Shown here: positions 1 to 15,999 of the stretch, piece after piece
How the letters are laid out: each line of letters starts with the position of its first letter
How positions within the stretch are numbered: the stretch's first letter is position 1
Assembly: GCF_009914755.1 (NCBI RefSeq)
Contig: NC_060931.1
Direction: 5' to 3' (one strand)
Length of the DNA: 64,000 nt
Origin: the human T2T-CHM13v2.0 reference genome, Homo sapiens
Program-made: the position numbers and the translations under genes
Notes under the pieces: model-generated
Seen by the model: the letters and a program-made list of their open reading frames with translations, nothing else
What the model was told of the DNA's origin: nothing
Database searches by the model: none

Positions 1-523
1 TGGGCTGTCCTGACCACTCTCGCTGGCCTCTATGTCTCTCTGGGCTTGGCCTGTCAAGGACCTCGATTCACTCTGGACTCTGACCCAGAGTTCGCCTGTA
101 AAATCCCCACACTTGGCTCTTAGCAAGCAGTGCTTACAAAGTTAGGAAATATTTGTAAAATGCTGCCATGGTATAATGTGAAGCGCTCAAACAAGTCAGG
201 GCTAATGATGCACTGAGAATTATTTCTAAATTGAGGGCATAAAGAGTTACAGTTCTTCGATTTTAAAAAGCAAAGTGACTTTTAATGCATCAAATCTTAC
301 TGTAGCCAGAGTACTGTAACTTAGTTTCCATCAGAATGGAAATAAGTAGTTACTGAGCAAGCAGCTGGATGAGCCCTATGCTTGATGATACATATTGAAT
401 TCCAAGGTAGGCCACAGGCCACTCCTCCCGGGGACAGGATCCATCATCACAGCCACCAGGCCCAATAGTGTGAGCCATGCTAAGAAATGAAATGATATAT
501 CATTTAGGGCACTGGTGCTTTTC

Positions 524-994
<471 letters not shown>

Positions 995-1465
995 TCATGT
1001 CTGCAGTTTCAACCCCTTACCCCCAACCCCAAGGTCATGTGTAATCCTGGTATGAATAAATGTAAATGGTGCTTGCTGGCCTTAGGTGTGTGAGAGTCAG
1101 AAGCATCCATTTCACCACTCAGGCCTAAGGTTCTCTATGTCTCACTACCCACCCTGCACCCCAGACCTCACACAGCAACACTCATGAGAGCCACCAAAAT
1201 TGTAACGAAAATATAATGATGACAATGAGGACAAGTCTTTCCTATAACTGAGAAAGTTCTGTGCTAAACATGTTACCTATGGAAATTATTTCAGTGCATT
1301 CTCTGGATTTCACTGAGAAGTAGCTACCATTATTATTCTTATCTCCATCTTATGGAACAGGAAATGGTGACATGGAGCTTCAGTAACTGGCCAACATCAT
1401 CAGACAGCATGGCCCCGGGTCCTGAGCTTTGTCCCTCATGAGTGTCGAGAGTGTTCTGTGTTTCT

Positions 1466-1578
1466 GCTGGGCACGGTGGCACATGCCTGTAGTCCCAGTC
1501 GCTCAGGAGGCTGAGGTGGGAGGATTGCTTGAACCCAGGAGTTTGAGCAGAGCCTGAGCAACATAGCAAGAAGCCATC

Positions 1579-1606
<28 letters not shown>
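1466..1606 (+). repeat. FLAM-type Alu monomer
   Basis: Single monomer with a long poly(A) tail. Confidence 0.8.
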
Positions 1607-1609
<3 letters not shown>

Positions 1610-3766
1610 AAATATCTTGCAGAGTAAAAACATAAAACAAAAAAATTAAAAGATTTCTATCACTCTGGAATCCTCATTCGGGATACAGCAAAAAAAAAAA
1701 GATTACTTATTGCAATAGAGAAAACACCAAGTGTCTCTCATACTGAATGTTTTTCCAGATTGCAGGCACTGCAGTGAGCTTTCGTGTTTTCCAAATGCGA
1801 TCATTTCCTTTGTGTCAGTAAGAGCCAAATTATCCTAGTAAACAGGAGTTGCTAGTGGACTTTTTTTTTCTTTTTGAGCTAAATACTTTAGTGTAATATA
1901 ATGTGAACTGCATAACTCTTAAATGGCTAATCTGTTCTTCAGTTTCGTGCAATTAAAGACTAGAAGTGCAAGTCAAATGCCCTAATAAAAGATAATCTAC
2001 CCATCAGGTACCCAACTTACAGTATTTTAGAGGCTAGGTAATCTCTAGATGAAAGAATAAGTTTCTAAATCATTTGGAATTAGGAACACAGTTTTTTCTC
2101 ATACATGCATATTGCCTCAAAAGAAGGAGACTCCCAGGCTAGCTCATGGTTTTCTAACCTCATTAATTGAGCTTACAACATTCTTATTTCCTCTCTCCCA
2201 GTATTTCAAAGCTTCTGTAGACCAAGGGGTTCTGGGTCACGACAGCAGAAGTCAGGAACAGCTCCCCCAACCCCATGGTCCCACCCCACTGTGGCCTCAG
2301 AGATGAGAAGGTGAAGCTCTGAGTCCCAGGAGGGCAGGGACCTTGCTTCAACTCAGTGCCTGGGGTAGAGAATGTGGTGCACTGAAGCGGTATGTGGGAA
2401 GGGCTGGTGAATGAGGGGGTTTTTGATCTACAACTTCCACCACTCACTGCCACAATTTCCACTCTCCCCATCCTGTTTCTAGCCTAGGGGTGAGGAATCC
2501 CCTGGCTCTGAGCTGTGGCCTCAGAGAGGGGCTTTGCAGGTGGTGACTTTGAATTGAGGAGGAAGGAAAAAGGCTCAAAGAAATGATGTTTTCTTGGTAG
2601 AAACCTGATTGTGGGGATTCCATGTCAAAGAGCACGGCCCAGTCTCTTCACAGGTTGGGAATCTGCAGGTCTAATTACTAGGGCCAGTGTGCTATTAAGT
2701 GGTTTCTGTCACCATCACCATTGATCCGCAACATGTCACTTTTGGAGTTGTCGGGCATCAAACGACCAACATTTTAAACATACTTGTTTAAATAAACACA
2801 CTTGCAAAACCAGATATGTTCTTGCTGCCAAGTATGAACGACACATGGTTGATGGCAGAGTTCAGACAACAATTATTTGGAGCAGACCAGGAGCAAAGAC
2901 AGGTACTTGGGGTAGGAGGTACAAGCTTTAAGGCAAAGTAGAGGTAGGAGGTACAGGCTTTAAAATCCAGACAAGCTTTAAGTCAGTGCCTGTCCATCTC
3001 CCCTCAACCCATCCCCACTCTCATCTGCTTCTTTGTTGAAGAATTCCTGTGTACATTGATGGCCTCCTAACCCACGTACCTTGTAGACTCTCAAGGCTAG
3101 GCATACTGTTCTTGGGGAAGAATTGCGCTGCTCTCCCCCAGGCAGCTAAGGAAAGACTTGCCATTCTCCCCCACCCCCAAGCTGTCTCTTTCCTCTCTCC
3201 TTATCCCAGTTCTGCAGAAAAGGGAATCAGGTCAATGTAGTTCTTTAATGTGGACATCATCTGTAGCATTTACATGCTTGACACCCAGGAAATAACTATT
3301 TTCACTTCCCCACATCTCCCAGTGTTCAACTTTGCACCACTGTCTCTGCCTTGCCTGGAACAGTCTGCCCTCTCCGTCACCTGCCTAGCTTGCTCTACAG
3401 GGATTTCTTAATTGTGCCTCTTTTTAGGAAGGCTTCCCTAACCCACAAGACCACATTGGTATCCCTCCCATATGTCCCCATTGCTCTGCTCTTCCCTATC
3501 AAAGCTCCTATCACTCTGTATTGTTGAGTATTGTTAACTACTTACTTATTGACCAGACTGTAAGCTCCATAGAGTTAACACCTTGTGTGATCAAATAACT
3601 CTTGTATCCCCACTGTCTAAGACAGTTCTGGTCACATAACAGGTTCTAGATGAATGACTGATGAAGACACAACAGCACGGTGGTGAGGCCATTGAATGCT
3701 TCTAAGACTGCACTTGGCAACATCACAAGCTGCAGAATCCCGTGCCACATATGACCTGCTGTTCAC

Positions 3767-4839
<1,073 letters not shown>

Positions 4840-4939
4840 TCAGTGCCTGTTCATCTCCCCTCAACCATCCCCAGTCTCATCTGCTTCTTTGTTGGACAAC
4901 TCCTGTGTACACTGATGGCCTCCTACCCAAAGCACCTGT

Positions 4940-5313
4940 GTCTCTTTGCCTGAAGATCCCTCTCCAGCCATAGGAACATGAGGGGTGGGCTGTAAGTTGC
5001 CCTGAGAACAGCTCTCAACCAAGGACAGACAAGAGTTGCTGGATAAACATCCTAGTTTCCTTGGGCCTTGGTGGGACAGTTCTGAAGTATGTCCTACACA
5101 GTCTCTCATAAGGTCCCCAGAAGGACTGACCCCAGTGGCCATCAGCGGTAACCTATATATTAACATAAGTTTTATTGGCTTTTCTCCTTCTCTGTCTCAC
5201 TTCCCATTCTCTCACCATGCTTCCTGGGATCATCTTCCAAATATTAATAGATTACTTTTCACCCCCAAATCTTTGTCTCCAGGATTACTTTTGAGAGAAC
5301 CCAAACTAAAACA
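4940..5313 (+). mobile_element. LTR16-like ERVL LTR fragment in intron 6 of the pseudogene
   Basis: Motifs aacagctctcaaccaa, cttcctgggatcatcttccaaat, gagagaacccaaactaaaaca resemble LTR16. Confidence 0.55.
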
Positions 5314-5542
5314 TAGTCAAGCCAGGAAGATGACACTGAAAGGAGGAGGAAGAGGAGGACACATTTTGTAGAAGATAAAATGCCACATGCTTGGAACTCA
5401 GTCATGAGCCCCAGGAAACAGTGATAGATACTTCCTTTGGTTATTCTGAAGAAACAGATACTTATGTGAAAAAAAGCTAAACACCTTTCAGTCTTCCAGG
5501 ATAGAATAGACAATGATTATAAGCAGATTAAAAATATATAAC

Positions 5543-5882
<340 letters not shown>

Positions 5883-7086
5883 TTAAGACAAATCCTGCAA
5901 AGGACTAGAGGAACCAAATAGGACTGTGGAGGGAGGACAAAGGGGCAGGTGGGCCAGATCCATTGTAGACCAAGAAGTGTGGGAAGGATTAGGCTCTTAA
6001 TTGCAGAAATGAATGTATTGCCAGAACAGTTTTTAAAAAGGTCACAATGACAACAATGAACAAAATAGCTAATGTTGACTTAAGTTTTACTATATGCCAG
6101 GGAGTAAAATAGGGCTTTACATAAACTATCTTATTTAATTGTCACAACATCCCTATGATATCACTTCTTTTGTTGTCCTTAATTTACAGATAGTGAGACA
6201 GAATGTGAATAAACTAACCTTGCATGGTCACACAGGTAATAGCCACAGAGGGGAAGGATATAGTTTACTCTATCTATCCATCTATCTGCTTGCATATCTA
6301 TCTATTCATCCCTCATCTAAATATGTATCTCTACTTATCTATCTCTCCAAATACATATATTTTATTTATGCAGTGAGATCTGGTGGACTTTAATTGCAAA
6401 ATAACTTGAGAGAAAAGAGAATTAATTATAAGAAGTACAGAAAAAGAAACAGAGCAGAAGCAATTCCTGGACTGTGCTGTACCAGGCAGATGGGCAATAT
6501 AGTCAGTATGCAGTGTTGGCTCTTTCTTTGGGAGAATGAGGTCATATCTACTGGCAAGGCCCCCTTCCCTTTATTCCCACTATACTGCTTGGGAATTTCT
6601 GATTTAAAAAAAATACTGTTGATAACAGAAATGACCAATTCATCATATTGTCTTGACCAAAGAGCAGCTCATACTGTGACACACTTGCCTCTCTAGTATC
6701 TCTGGGGAGGATGTTCGTAAGTGAGATTGGAGGAGTAATCGCCCCCAGGACCGTGGGATAGGTTGTGCACGTTGTATACTGCACAGTCCCATGGGGGTGT
6801 TAGTCTCTCTGAATGGAGTCCCCAGAGTTATGCAGTGCACAACCTGTGTATAAGGCAGCCCTGCCTGCCCCCACCAATAAGATCAGCCATATGAACTGCA
6901 TGACCAATGGCACAGCTGGAGCCCTCTCATTTGTCACTGTTTCTAGGCACATTTGCAGATAAAATGTTGAGATTGTGATCAGATTATGATCAGAACTTTC
7001 AAGAGTTCTGGAAAGAAGAGTTCTGGAAAGAAACACTGACATAAAGGAGAAGAAAAGAACAGGAACTCCCTCTGAGTTTGCATAAC

Positions 7087-7340
7087 TTTCAATGTTCACA
7101 GCCTCCTGTTGCCTTTCTAGGAGGTGCCCTACTGTGTATTGCTGGGGTCGTATAGCCAATTGGCGAACTAGCTGATAAACCCTGGACAGAAATAGAAACT
7201 ACAAGAAGTGAAACAAAGTTCCATCCAAGAATGAAACAACAACTGATCACGTGAGATGCCCATGTCATCACTTGACCCACAGACAGGGGAGCAAATATAT
7301 TGATGATCTGGTCCTCCTGCCGGACTGTTGGTATTCATCC
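7087..7340 (-). pseudogene. SLC40A1-like exon 6 with two frameshifts
   Basis: ctcacttacag|GG ATG AAT ACC (+A) TVRQEDQIINIFAPLSVGQVMTWASHVISCCFILGWNFVSLLV (-2 nt) FLFLSRVYQLVRQLAIRPQQYTVGHLLERQQEAVNIE vs FPN [64 protein letters not shown]. The donor A|gttatg is weak, so the 3' boundary is approximate. Confidence 0.92.
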
Positions 7341-8548
7341 CTGTAAGTGAGAGGAAGGAAACATTGCAACTTAATGGGTGAGTCCTTCCTTCTGGTGAAT
7401 TTAACATCATGCATTTGCTAGATTTGCTAGCCATGCAGTTATGGTGAAAACAGGAAAGATCCCTTTGGGTTTAACTATAGATTAGCCATAGGATTTGCAA
7501 CCAGGAAAAGACCTTCAAGATCAATTCTATTGGAACATGGACAATTAACATAAATAAACTGAGAAACAGACAGACTGTGTTACTTGTAGCTAATTATTTT
7601 AACTCCCATCTCAGCACTCTTTCCCAACACAACCCATTATCTTAACAACTATAATAGTACTAACAGCCATTATTATAACCAACATGTTTGTCGGGGAGAA
7701 AGGTGACAAGAGGAGGGTAGAGGACAGAATTAGTTGAACACTTACTCTGTGCCAGGCGATAGTTTTAAGCTTTCTACATCTATTCATTTCAATCCTCACA
7801 ACAACTCTTACAGGTCAATAGTGTTTCCCTTTCACAAGTTAGGAAACTGAGGCACAGATAGGTGATTTTATTTGTTCAAAGTCACAGAGAGGGCACATGG
7901 CTGAGCTGAGATTCAAACCCAAGCAGTGTGACTATGAAGCTTATTATCTTAACTATTCCACCATCATCGAAGGATATATTTACAAGATTTTTTAATTGTA
8001 ATAAATTCTGTGCTTTATCTTTTTTTTAAAAAAAAATTTAATTAACAAAGAATAGGAAGACTTTCTATTCTTCACCCGGAGATGGACGATACCATGTTAC
8101 TTGGCTTTTATCCACATAGCTGTCTTATTTTAGGTGCTGTTATTTGAACCAGAGTACATCCAAATAAGTGTAGTTTAAAAGAAATCATGATTATAAGGGG
8201 TTCCCAGTTTTTGCAAGGCATGATTTCTATAGACTCCTCCTTAATAGCTTCCTTTATCTTGGCCATCCGTGCTCACAAACATTTTCTAGCAGAGTACCAA
8301 CCGCACAAATAGAGAGTAGGATGAGATCTTCAGCTTTAAGTTGGCAACGTGTATATATCTCAATGTGAATGATCCAAGTTTTGCAAATGGGAGAAAAAGC
8401 AAAAATGCCAGATTCTTTCATTTAACTCCATTATTTAAAAAATTGTGTTTACCTTTATTATCAATGATAATTGACAGTTACGCTTGAAAATGAATTTTTT
8501 TTTTTAAAGTGGAAGCTTATCACTGGCCAGAATTAAGAAATATAAATC

Positions 8549-9317
<769 letters not shown>

Positions 9318-9396
9318 TAGGCACTTCCTACATGCAGACATAGTGTTAAGTGCTTTCCAAATCCTATATCTTATAGAATCCTTCCCAAAGCTGAGC

Positions 9397-9423
9397 TGTG
9401 TGTGTGTGTGTGTGTGTGTGTGT
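9397..9423. repeat. (TG)n microsatellite
   Basis: Perfect TG run. Confidence 0.95.
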
Positions 9424-9657
9424 CTTTATTTCCCTCATTATACAGATGAGGAAAGTCACGTAACTTGCCCTGGAGTATGCATCTAGTAAGAGGCACAGCT
9501 GATTTTAGCTGAATTCAGACTCAAACCCAGGTCTCATTGACTCCAAATAACATATTCTTAAAGGCTGTTGTCAGCCTCTCTCAGAGCCCTGATTGCCTTG
9601 TCAGCTCTCTACTTCTCAGCTGATTAGAGGATCAGTACCCAGGGCGGTACCACTCAC

Positions 9658-9783
9658 CAACCAGCTGGCCTCTGTTGTCACCCATCAGCTCACGATCCAG
9701 TCCCTCTGGATGGTGACGGTCAGCGCCGTGCCGGCCAGGTTTGCCAAGGCCACTAGGGTGGTCACCAGTGCACAGCAGGCCAC
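9658..9783 (-). pseudogene. SLC40A1-like exon 5 (126 nt; 1-nt deletion, frameshift and stop)
   Basis: ccttcggtag|GTG...GTT G|gtgagt; [32 protein letters not shown] then, in the shifted frame, LMGDNRGQLV, vs FPN [42 protein letters not shown]; one nt shorter than the 127-nt SLC40A1 exon; TGA at 9687-9685. Confidence 0.95.
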
Positions 9784-10201
9784 CTACCGAAGGAGGGGAA
9801 AGGGTGTATGGAACCCAAGAATAGATTTTCCCGCCCCACTGCAGTGCATACGGTTATTTATCTGACAGCTCAAGGAACATCTAAATGAACACAAAGACCT
9901 TAGAGAGAAAAAGATTCAATGTAGGTTTGGAGCCCAATTCTACTGTGTTAATGCTAAGCATTTTCTTCCTCCCACCCCATCAGAGCCAGAGCCGATGCTA
10001 ATTTGCACCTTGCAGACACAGACTCTGCTGTTCTATTGCCTTCATGTCAGTGGGATTTCAGCTCAGACTCACAAATTAGGGGAGAGGAGGACACTGAGGA
10101 AAGATTAGCCTGATCCAAAACCAGTGAGCGTGGCCACAAAGAAAACACTAACTGGTGGACATTCAGGGTGTCTGTGACGTAGGGACATGGGAGACACTCA
10201 C

Positions 10202-10317
10202 AGTGAGCCAGCCATCCCAGATTTGTTCCATCTGCCTCTTGTAGGGGAGCACAAGCATCAGGACAGTGCAACAGGCGGTGACGGAGGCGTTCTGCATGCA
10301 GAGCGAGGTATAAGCAA
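10202..10317 (-). pseudogene. SLC40A1-like exon 4 (116 nt), frame intact
   Basis: ttccattcacag|TT GCT...CTC ACT|gtgagt; VAYTSLCMQNASVTACCTVLMLVLPYKRQMEQIWDGWLT vs FPN [39 protein letters not shown]; this frame is not shown in the ORF track. Confidence 0.95.
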
Positions 10318-10390
10318 CTGTGAATGGAAACACCCAGCCCAATCTCTACTCTCAGTTTTAACAGGCAGTTCACAGCTATATCATCATTTA

Positions 10391-10906
<516 letters not shown>

Positions 10907-11612
10907 CTAGGTAAGTCAAGAAACTTAAAATGTTCTAGTGCTACATCACACTCTTCTGGATTTAATTTGTAACTGAATTTACCAATTTAGCGTAAAGACC
11001 AGCACACCAGATTTTCAATCAGCTAGTCTTTTCAATGGTGTGGCTTCAGAGAATGCCTTTCCATGGTAGAAGGAGAAAAGTCCTACCTTCCATGGTAGAA
11101 GGAAGGCAGTCACGTTGACTAGAAATCAAGGAATAGGAAAAACTTAGGATAGCCTACATTCTTATTGGACAAAGACGCTTAAAGAGATAGTATAGCCCAA
11201 AGCTAAAATAGATCTACATTTGAACAAATAAGTCTCCAGATATTAATGACTCGTTTAGACAGATTACCCAGTACAAAAACTCATTTACACAAATAAATTG
11301 CCTCTGATAAAAACAACACAAGTATATTATGCATAGGTAATGCCAAAATATTAAAAAGAAAGCACTTTTCAGGAATTTGATATTAAAAACCTATACTTAG
11401 CAAAAATCTAAAAACTACATTAAAATATTTTACATGTAGAATCAGAGAATGATGACACAAAGCTGTATAACTTCATCTAGAGTTTTTAACTTATGCTCTT
11501 TTGCTATTAAGTTCATAGCAATTTATGAATTTTATTTCACTAAATAAACCAAAAAAGCCAGTGAAGTCATAATGTACCACATAAATATGTATGTCACAGT
11601 TAAGAGTGTTAC

Positions 11613-11772
11613 CTTTATTTCTTGGTTTCTTTTCAATCCAATCACCAATTAAGACCCCAAATATTAATACATATCCAGCCACCACTAAGCCAAACACTGC
11701 TGATAAAAGCAGATTATGTCCATATAATTCTACCAGGAAGACAGACATGGCAAAGTGCCACATTTGATCTCC
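11613..11772 (-). pseudogene. SLC40A1-like exon 3 (160 nt), frame intact
   Basis: ccttgcag|GGA...AAA G|gtaaca; [53 protein letters not shown] vs [56 protein letters not shown] (37/53 identical by eye); lies inside ORF 11491..11808. Confidence 0.97.
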
Positions 11773-12509
11773 CTGCAAGGCAGTACAGGCAAAGCATGTT
11801 TTCATCATTGACCTAAAAGATGGATCAAAGTTAAAATCCAGAAAGATGCATTTCTCCCCAGGGACATGTAATATGCAGGATTACAAGACAGAATGTCAAA
11901 ATTATACTTTTATGCAGTACATCTATAACTTTATTTTTGTGCAATATAGTTATAAATTTTAAAAGCTGGAGAGAATGTATTTTAAAATCTTAAAAGCTCC
12001 ACAGAGTCAACAAGCTAATGAGAAAATATCAGACAAACACTTGGAAGAACATGAGACCTCCAAGAACAAAGCCCACAATGCCCTGAGGACATCTGCTGAT
12101 TCCGAAGCAACAGCTGTGAAATACAACAGCAGGTTTGTTGTCCTCAGAAAGACAGACTATGGAAGTCCATGCTACCAAAGATGGGGACTGAGATAAACCA
12201 GTTCCCATTTTAAGCTGAGATTCCCATGTAATTACATCCTAAATGTAAGCAAGGGTAAACCTGAAGTAAACTGACCCTCACATGGACTTGTAGTCCAGTT
12301 CTGCCTCATCCCAATGGGCCAGGAAATCTCAAACCTTGAACATGGATTAAAGTGTTACCAAATGACTAGTGTCCACTATGCATCTGGTAGAAGCTAGTTA
12401 AAGTTATCTCTAAAGGAAGATGCCACCATCTTAGGCTTCAAAGTATTCCTACAATAATAATAATAAAATAAAAATTTTATAAAATAATATACAAATTATT
12501 ATCATTATT

Positions 12510-13459
<950 letters not shown>

Positions 13460-13619
13460 ACCTTCCTCTATTTGTTCTATATTTGATAATTCAAACATAT
13501 TTAAACAAAAATACACATTTTTGCATCTAATATTTTGAGACATCCTAATGTCCTTAATATTGCAGTTCTCTTAACCATCCAAAGATAAAAGATTAATTTC
13601 ATTTTGATTCCTCTCTTAC

Positions 13620-13687
13620 CCACATTCATAAGGCACAACTTATAAAAATAAAAAATCTTGGACTCATGAGGTAAATCAAAGTTGCTC
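13620..13687 (-). pseudogene. SLC40A1-like exon 2 (68 nt) with a nonsense codon
   Basis: tgttttag|GA GCA ACT...ATG TGG|gtaaga; translates (G)ATLIYLMSPRFFIFISCAL*MW vs FPN [23 protein letters not shown]; TGA at 13628-13626 where FPN has Ser; 68 nt, phase 1/0 as in SLC40A1 exon 2. Confidence 0.9.
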
Positions 13688-14281
13688 CTAAAACACATGT
13701 AGTTAAACCACGAGCATTATTAAACAATAAATATATATACATTATTTATTTGGAGCAAATTTTGCCAGCTAATCAGAAAGAGTAAAATGCTGTTTAGCAT
13801 GAATTTGCTTTTAGAGAGTACACCAGTGCTGGATAAAAATACAGGCACCAAGTTAGGGGATTCTCAGGGATTTTGTTTTCTTTTGACAAAGTTGTCTTCA
13901 TTCATTTGTCACTGAGGGACCGCTAGGGAAATATCCACCTGTATCCCTTTTCTTAAGTCTAGAAATAGAGAAATAAGCAAGGCATTTCCATTGATATGTG
14001 TGCCATAAAGGAAGTAGCCCAGAATGCAATGAAAGTATGTAAAAATGGCAGGAAGTTGCCCCACGGCAAAATCTGAGGGCCAAGAAGGAACTGAACTAGC
14101 AAGTGAGGATTAGGGGTAGAGACAGCTCTCCAGGTTGGGAGAACAGTGGGTACAGAGGCCTATTGAAAAGAGAAAGGATAACTGCAGACAAAATCCAGAG
14201 GTTGGGGTGGAAGGTGCGAAAGTCGGAGAGGAATAAGAAAGGGAAGGGATGAATCAAGTCTGGAGAGAGACTCCCCTTTAC

Positions 14282-14729
14282 CTGGGAGGAGCAGGAAGGA
14301 GCGGTGGATCACCAAAGCTGCTGTGCCCTGATATGGCTTGGCTGTGTCCCCATCCAAATCTCAAATTGTATCTCCCAGAATTTCCACGTGTTGTGGGAAG
14401 GACCCAGGGGGAGGTAATTGAATCACGGGGGCCAGTCTTTCCTGTGCTATGCTTGTGGTAGTGAATAAGTCTCACAAGATCTCATGGGTTTATTAGGGGT
14501 TTCTGCTTTTGCTTCTTCCTCATTTTCTCTTGCTGCCACCATGTAAGATGAGCCTTTCACCTCCCACCATGACTCTGAGGCCTCCCTAGCCATGTGGAAC
14601 TGTAAGTCCAATTAAACCTCTTTTTCTTCCCAGTCTCAGGTATGTCTTTATCAGCAGTGTGAAAATGGACTAATACAGCCCTCTGTGGATTCCCAGCTGC
14701 AGGGGGCCTCCTCTCCAGCCTTTCAACAC
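14282..14729 (-). pseudogene. Candidate exon 1 of the SLC40A1-like pseudogene, split by a THE1A LTR
   Basis: Removing THE1A (14329-14677) and one GCCC copy gives GTG TTG AA(A)G GCT GGA GAG GAG GCC CCC TGC...CTC CCA G|gtaaag = (M)LKAGEEAPCSWESTEGTAALVIHRSFLLLP-G. The donor is phase 1, as exon 2 requires, and lies ~590 bp upstream of exon 2. The start weakly resembles FPN MTRAGD but needs ATG>GTG and a 1-nt insertion. Confidence 0.45.
14329..14677 (+). mobile_element. THE1A solo LTR (MaLR)
   Basis: TGATATGG...GGACTAATACA, 349 bp, THE1A-type segment gggtttctgcttttgcttcttcctcattttctcttgc; flanked by gccc. Confidence 0.9.
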
Positions 14730-15999
14730 ACTCACCCTGCACCTTCCCCACAGAGCTGGGGGCCAGGGCCTGTCTCAGCTACTTGCCAGGACTCCTTTCC
14801 TGCTTCCTCTTGCCCATCCTGACCATCACTCCTTATTTTCACCTTTCTGATGCCCATCAGAAATGGGGGTCATAAATGGGGGTCAGAAATGCGGTTCTGA
14901 TTTAGATCTTTAGTGCCACAGGAAACACAGTTATCAGTGCAGAGTGAGTGTGGGAAAGTTTTCAGGAGAGAAGAGAGGTCATTTAGGAGAGTGGATCAGA
15001 CCCCCATCTGGCCAGGCAGTGGCATCCCAGTCTTCCTGGTTATGCCCTGCAATCTCATGTGTGTCTTCCTGGTTTTAGAGAGCCCTGCTGAAAGCCCTCT
15101 TTATGGCACCCACTGCCTTCTACCCTACCTCATCGCCACATCCCCTATGGAGGCTACCACTGATTCAGATCCATCATTGCAACCCTCAGCAGAATAGCCC
15201 TGCTATAGTGGCAGGGATTCCATATCTACCCTTTCCTTCCTTCCTCCCCTCCTCCCTTCCTTTCTTTCTTTTCTTTCCCTTCTTTTTTCCTTCCTTCCCT
15301 CTTCCTTCCTCCCATCCTTCCTTCTCACCTGCCCTCTTGTATGTATTCATGTATTTAGGTATTTTGCCAGGCATTGGGGATAAAGTGGTAAGAAAGTTGG
15401 AGAGGGTTCTTACACTTACAGCCCAGGGATAACAGCAAATAGACCATGAATTACAACCCAGTGTGATAAGTTTCAGCTTAGACAGGGTGAGGTGCCACCC
15501 CATCACCCCAGAAGCTAGTCATGGAGGAACCATGGCAGGTCACTCAAAAGGCCCTCTGGAACCTAAAGGTTGGCATATGGCACTGAGGAAGGACATTGAC
15601 TCTGGACATGTCAACCCCTGACACAGGAGCACTACCCAGCCACCCACCCCAACACTGAAACAGTGCCTGGGGTCATTCACACCCGCAGAGGTCACCAACC
15701 CTGTGGCCTCTCCCCAGGTGCACCCTCTGTGCTTCAGCACTTCAGCCATGCCTGAGGCATCAGGGTTTTGCTGTCACTCCACACCCCAGCACTGGACAAA
15801 TCCTCCAGTGACAGAAACTGCATTAAAGTGCTGGAACCACAGTCTGCTCAAGCCAACCCCACTGGCCCATCGGCTGGTGGAAAGAGCTTCTTGGGAGCTA
15901 GCCTGCCACAGCAGGAATTCTCTGGAATGTGTCAGGATCTTCCATCTGGCCCAGTCTGGGTAGAGGGTCTGGCCAGGAGAAGATCACTCCTCACTGGCT

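Noticed and set aside
2575-2640. FDMESPQSGFYQENII (minus strand) resembling FPN exon 8 FDLTVTQLLQENVI
   Set aside because: Spacing is off by two residues, there is no suitable AG acceptor, and nothing downstream matches ESERGIINGVQ...LLHF; probably chance. Exon 8 most likely lies left of the window or was deleted.
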